DNA of 11,084 nucleotides from Pseudobacteriovorax sp. (GTDB lineage Bacteria; Bdellovibrionota_B; Oligoflexia; Oligoflexales; Oligoflexaceae), in NCBI GenBank assembly GCA_050293845.1, contig JBNKNM010000184.1:1-11084 (forward strand), given 5' to 3'. The translations under genes were made by a program, and so were the position numbers. The notes below the pieces were generated by a model. The model did not search any database and had not been told where the DNA came from. It saw only the letters and a list, made by a program, of their open reading frames with translations. Positions 7,769-11,084 of the stretch are shown here, piece after piece. The first letter of the stretch is position 1. Each line of letters opens with the position of its first letter.

Positions 7769-8503
7769 ATGAATCGAAACGGCTATATAAATAAAAATGA
7801 ACTTTGGATGGTGTTGCTTGGTATATATTTCGTTGGACTTTCCTCTAATCTTGGGTGCAGTAAAGCTTCCCATTCCCAAATCTGGCAAGAAAATTCTGTA
7901 GGCCTACTGATGGAGAGTGTCGGTGGGGATCTTATTTACCCTAAACAAAATAGAAGTTCCTTTTTTTCAATTGAAGATCTCAGTAGTGAACAAATTTCTG
8001 TGCTAGAAAGCTGGAGGATAAATACTGACGATAACGAATTAAAATGCGCGCCAGCAATCGATGGGTTTGGTGATGAAGTCACCATTTATTATGCCGACTC
8101 TACACCACCAGAGAAGTATTACTCTACCAATCTAGCCTGTGGAGATAATATTGAAAAGCAAATGTATATTTCCCAAAAATTGGTCAACAACTTTAAAAGA
8201 GAATACACGTATAAACCTGGATCTGAAAGAGGGGTAATTTCTATCAAGCAAGTAGACGTTGACGAGAACTACCTTACAATTACCTATCAACATTCTACTG
8301 GTTGTGGAAGTTACAAGACAGCGAATCTAGTTATAAATGAAATAGATGATATTACTCACGCTGGATATGTCGTGTATCGTAGCGATAATATTTGTGAAGC
8401 TCTGGGAACAAGTCAGTTAATTGTTGCTATAAATGAAAGTAAATATAAAGATATTCAAAGCCTGAAATTGGAAGGCTGGGAGCAAGTTATCAATTTACGA
8501 TGA
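7769..8503 (+). CDS. Hypothetical lipoprotein / exported protein with paired cysteines
   Basis: A purine-rich RBS-like stretch (GAGAGGATAAGGA) precedes the ATG. A hydrophobic stretch LWMVLLGIYFVGLSS is followed by the lipobox-like NLG-C. There are four further Cys (CAPAIDG, NLAC, STGC, NICEAL). The 244-codon frame ends in TGA TAA. Confidence 0.75.
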   Translation: MNRNGYINKNELWMVLLGIYFVGLSSNLGCSKASHSQIWQENSVGLLMESVGGDLIYPKQNRSSFFSIEDLSSEQISVLESWRINTDDNELKCAPAIDGFGDEVTIYYADSTPPEKYYSTNLACGDNIEKQMYISQKLVNNFKREYTYKPGSERGVISIKQVDVDENYLTITYQHSTGCGSYKTANLVINEIDDITHAGYVVYRSDNICEALGTSQLIVAINESKYKDIQSLKLEGWEQVINLR

Positions 8504-8718
8504 TAAGGCTTTATGCTTTTTGTGTCCGACAGGACCTAGCATTGATACAATAATCGCTATTCTTGTCATTTAATCGCTCTCCCCTTCAAGGTGAAAAACC
8601 TCCACCAAAAGGTGGAAAGGGCTTCCCCTAGTAGGACGTGACATCATCAATAATTTTAATCATTTAATTAGCATGTAGTCGTGGCAGATCACTTGCAAGT
8701 TGGTGAAATGCGGCTCAT

Positions 8719-9420
8719 TTGATAAAAAGACCTAAAGGTGCCAATATTTCCGATAAGAAAGAAAAATTTGGCTTACGAGAGCTTAAATTCACGGAGCTGA
8801 AAAAAGTTATTAATGAGAAACAGCTCAAGCTTTATTGGATTGCCAATCAGATTAAGGTCGATAAGAGAACAGTAAGCCGTTGGGTGAATGGTAAGGTTAA
8901 GTGGATTCGATACGATAACCTAGAATCCCTGAGTCAACTTTTGGAGTGTAGTCCAGACAGACTGATTGTTGAAAATTCGACAAAATTTGTTGGGGAAATC
9001 GATATCCGGAAGGCAGCAGCTGCAAACGAAAAATTCAACTTGCTGGAGGAACTCACACCATCAGGCAATTATACCAGTATTCTGCAGGGTGTTCTTTTCG
9101 CAGTTGATGGAAAGTTTGAGGATGCTGTGGATGCCTTTAACAAAGGCATCCAGAGACTCGAAAATGGTGATGTTGGTATGTACGAAGCCCTTGGTGCTAT
9201 GATCCATAGATTGGCTGGGCAGGAGACACTAACGAGAAAGTGGATTGAAAAAGGGTTGGAATCTTACAGCCTCTTATTTCGTTTGAGAAATATGGAACAA
9301 CTCATTCTCCTTGAAAAACAGTTGGGTCATACCGGGGCTATGCAGGCTGCGTTATCCTTAGCGCGAGATACCTGCATCGAACGAGGTTATGTAGGTATCT
9401 TAGGCGGATTGAGAATTTGA
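8719..9420 (+). CDS. XRE/Cro-C1 family helix-turn-helix transcriptional regulator with C-terminal TPR-like helices (start uncertain, possibly degenerate)
   Basis: HTH 'LKKVINEKQLKLYWIANQIKVDKRTVSRWVNGKVKWIRYDNLESLSQLLECSPDRL'; TPR-like 'LQGVLFAVDGKFEDAVDAFNKGI' and 'LGAMIHRLAGQETLTRKWIEKGL'. Only a TTG without a clear RBS precedes the HTH. Confidence 0.8.
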   Translation: MIKRPKGANISDKKEKFGLRELKFTELKKVINEKQLKLYWIANQIKVDKRTVSRWVNGKVKWIRYDNLESLSQLLECSPDRLIVENSTKFVGEIDIRKAAAANEKFNLLEELTPSGNYTSILQGVLFAVDGKFEDAVDAFNKGIQRLENGDVGMYEALGAMIHRLAGQETLTRKWIEKGLESYSLLFRLRNMEQLILLEKQLGHTGAMQAALSLARDTCIERGYVGILGGLRI

Positions 9421-9552
9421 TTTAATGTCGCTCAATTTTCGGATCTTAGAAGGATTGATAATACAACAAGACGAAAAATAAATCCTCAATATGAGTATTG
9501 CCTTGTTTCAAGAAGGTAGCCTTTGGTGACAACCAAATCAAAATCGCCCTTC

Positions 9553-9615
9553 CTTGAAGGTCGAAATGGTAATTCTAACCCCATTACAGCTGCTCGGGAT
9601 GTTAGAGAGACCTTC
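9553..9615 (+). pseudogene. katG: Short relic of a catalase-peroxidase gene
   Basis: Translates LEGRNGNSNPITAARDVRETF, close to the conserved KatG segment PEGPNGNPDP(L/I)AAARDIRETF. The flanking KatG motifs GLIYVN and RMAMNDEETVALIAGGH are absent. Confidence 0.65.
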
Positions 9616-9837
9616 GATATTGGCATAAGGAGTGTCCATAACGGTCCTCCACGTAAGCGTAGGTATCTACACCTAGTTTCTGATTATGGCAAAGTTGGTA
9701 AGGGGAAAATCATTTATCTATTGATCTTGTATCCCGATCCATTTCCCTGGAGTCATTCTTACGAGAATTTCAGTGGTTTTTGATAAACAAACTGATTTCT
9801 CGTAAGAACATCTTAAAAGCAACAACAATTTCGAATA

Positions 9838-10074
9838 TTAATGATTCTTTACTGATCTTTCCTTTACATCTTTTAAGATATTCAACTGCTTTTCAGTAAT
9901 TGAAATCCCTTTTTTTAATAGAATATTGATAACTTTGGTTTTGCCGTTACCGGTAGTATCCTTTACCTTTTTACCAAGATTGATTACTTTAGTTTTAGTA
10001 TTCTTATACAAGCCTTGCCCTGTGGACTTTAACTTGCTACGTAACATGCTCCAGTCGATGATGTTTTCACCCAT
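9838..10074 (-). CDS. Small Lys-rich hypothetical protein (78 aa) with duplicated KTKVIN motif
   Basis: A GGAG Shine-Dalgarno lies about 9 nt before the ATG (TTGGAGAATAATTAAATG). The two KTKVIN copies differ only at synonymous third positions, which is consistent with a real coding sequence. Confidence 0.65.
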   Translation of the reverse strand: MGENIIDWSMLRSKLKSTGQGLYKNTKTKVINLGKKVKDTTGNGKTKVINILLKKGISITEKQLNILKDVKERSVKNH

Positions 10075-10416
10075 TTAATTATTCTCCAAAGATTGTAATT
10101 TAATATTCTAGAAGAATACCGGATCTTAATGTTCCAGATAAAGATTAAAATTTAATTCTCTTTGGGAGCTTAACCTTCTGTATCGAGCTTGTCCAATGAA
10201 TGTCAGGAGAAAGTATACTAGGTTCGATGATGATGCGAACTTAAGGAAGGCTATGCTTTCATAAAAAGTGAGACAGTCTTAGCTCTTACCGTTATTTTTC
10301 CGAGAAATTCCCGACTGGAAATTTTCAGATTCCGGTTATATTATCCTACAGAATGGTGAACTGAAATTTGTAAAATTATTCGAAAATGAGAATTTAAACT
10401 CAATTGAAAAGGAGGA

Positions 10417-10452
10417 AAGCCCCCACACCTATATTAGTAATGGAGGGAGCCT
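10417..10452 (-). terminator. Possible imperfect intrinsic terminator after the MaoC-like gene
   Basis: The minus strand just after the stop reads AGGCTCCC...GGGGGCTT (stem with G-U pairs and a large loop), followed by TCCTCCTTTT. Confidence 0.3.
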
Positions 10453-10455
10453 ATC

Positions 10456-11082
10456 CTAATAGTTTAAGGAATTATTTGCATCAGTATTAGCGATTTTCGA
10501 TACTACACAGGGTTTTGGGTTTTGCCCACTATATAGTTCAAAATGATGTTTATTACTAGGTGATACTTTAACTATAATATCTGATCCCAGGTATAAAGGT
10601 CCTTTAAAGGCTACATCATGGCGCACGGGTTTACTGTAATCAATTCCCTGAATGAAAGGAAGGCTGCGGCCCATGGCCCACATTCCGTGGCAGAGGTCAC
10701 GTTTAAAGCCAAATATTTTTGCCAAAAAAGCTGACATATGAATAGGGTTGATGTCTTTTGTAAGAAGGCCAAACTTTTTTCCTATGGTTTTAGGAACAGG
10801 AAAAGTAGCAATAGTATTTGGATTTTCGATTTTATTTACAATGGTTTCGAAGTGGCTTTGGCTATCTTCTTGGGCAAATTTTCTTCTAAATAACAAAGTT
10901 GTGATGCTTTCCCACACAAGTGTACCGTAGCTTGTGCTGATTTCTGTTTTATAATCAATTTCCAAACCCTGTGCGCGACGGCGTTGACCTGTAAAGTAGA
11001 GTTTTGCTGAGTAGGATTGTCCCATGAATAAAGGCTGCTGCTGGAGGATATGATTACGGTGGTGGATCGCTCCCATGATTCT
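10456..11082 (-). CDS. MaoC/PaaZ-C-type (R)-specific enoyl-CoA hydratase/acyl dehydratase, double hot-dog type (5'-truncated by window edge)
   Basis: Hydratase-2 motif 'FGLLTKDINPIH' with catalytic Asp and His, followed by 'LAKIFGFKRDLCHGMW' and 'VAFKGPLYL'. The N-half 'MGAIHHRNHILQQQPL' is typical of the double hot-dog family. The frame is open to the window edge. Confidence 0.88.
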   Translation of the reverse strand, partial: RIMGAIHHRNHILQQQPLFMGQSYSAKLYFTGQRRRAQGLEIDYKTEISTSYGTLVWESITTLLFRRKFAQEDSQSHFETIVNKIENPNTIATFPVPKTIGKKFGLLTKDINPIHMSAFLAKIFGFKRDLCHGMWAMGRSLPFIQGIDYSKPVRHDVAFKGPLYLGSDIIVKVSPSNKHHFELYSGQNPKPCVVSKIANTDANNSLNY

Positions 11083-11084
11083 TA

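Noticed and set aside
7522..7888. Minus-strand ORFs 7522-7719 and 7682-7888
   Set aside because: No RBS or motif; the second overlaps the better-supported lipoprotein start. Short ORFs of this size arise by chance.
8966..9202. 78-aa alternate-frame ORF in the XRE gene
   Set aside because: The main frame has the coherent TPR-like pattern; this frame has none.
9523..9783. 86-aa ORF as a functional CDS
   Set aside because: TTG start and mosaic composition; better explained as a katG scar plus flanking DNA.
10748..10930. 60-aa + strand ORF
   Set aside because: Antisense shadow of the MaoC-like gene.
1..11084. CRISPR array, tRNA/rRNA, IS element, prophage or anti-phage defence system
   Set aside because: I saw no regularly spaced repeats, cloverleaf, or transposase, integrase or nuclease motifs. 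An XRE HTH alone does not indicate a prophage.

Overview
AT-rich bacterial chromosomal window with mostly recognisable genes. On the + strand is the 3' part of a TonB-dependent outer-membrane receptor (<1-1780). It converges, across a perfect 14-bp inverted repeat, on a minus-strand cluster: GH1 beta-glucosidase > MFS transporter > modA > modB > modC (molybdate ABC importer). Divergent from this cluster are a Cys-paired putative lipoprotein, preceded by a perfect 9-1-9 palindrome, and an XRE/Cro-HTH regulator with a TPR-like tail. A probable decay zone follows (about 9.4-10.45 kb) containing a short catalase-peroxidase (katG)-like relic. A small Lys-rich protein and a 5'-truncated MaoC-type (hot-dog fold) hydratase lie on the minus strand at the right end. 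I see no CRISPR array, rRNA, tRNA, transposase, phage gene or defence system, and I cannot support a wholly new system. The best leads are the translationally coupled GH1-MFS pair (possible hydrophobic or glycolipid substrate) running into modABC, the katG relic, and a compact three-way-junction RNA candidate at 8582-8621. All family assignments come from recalled motifs, not from database searches.
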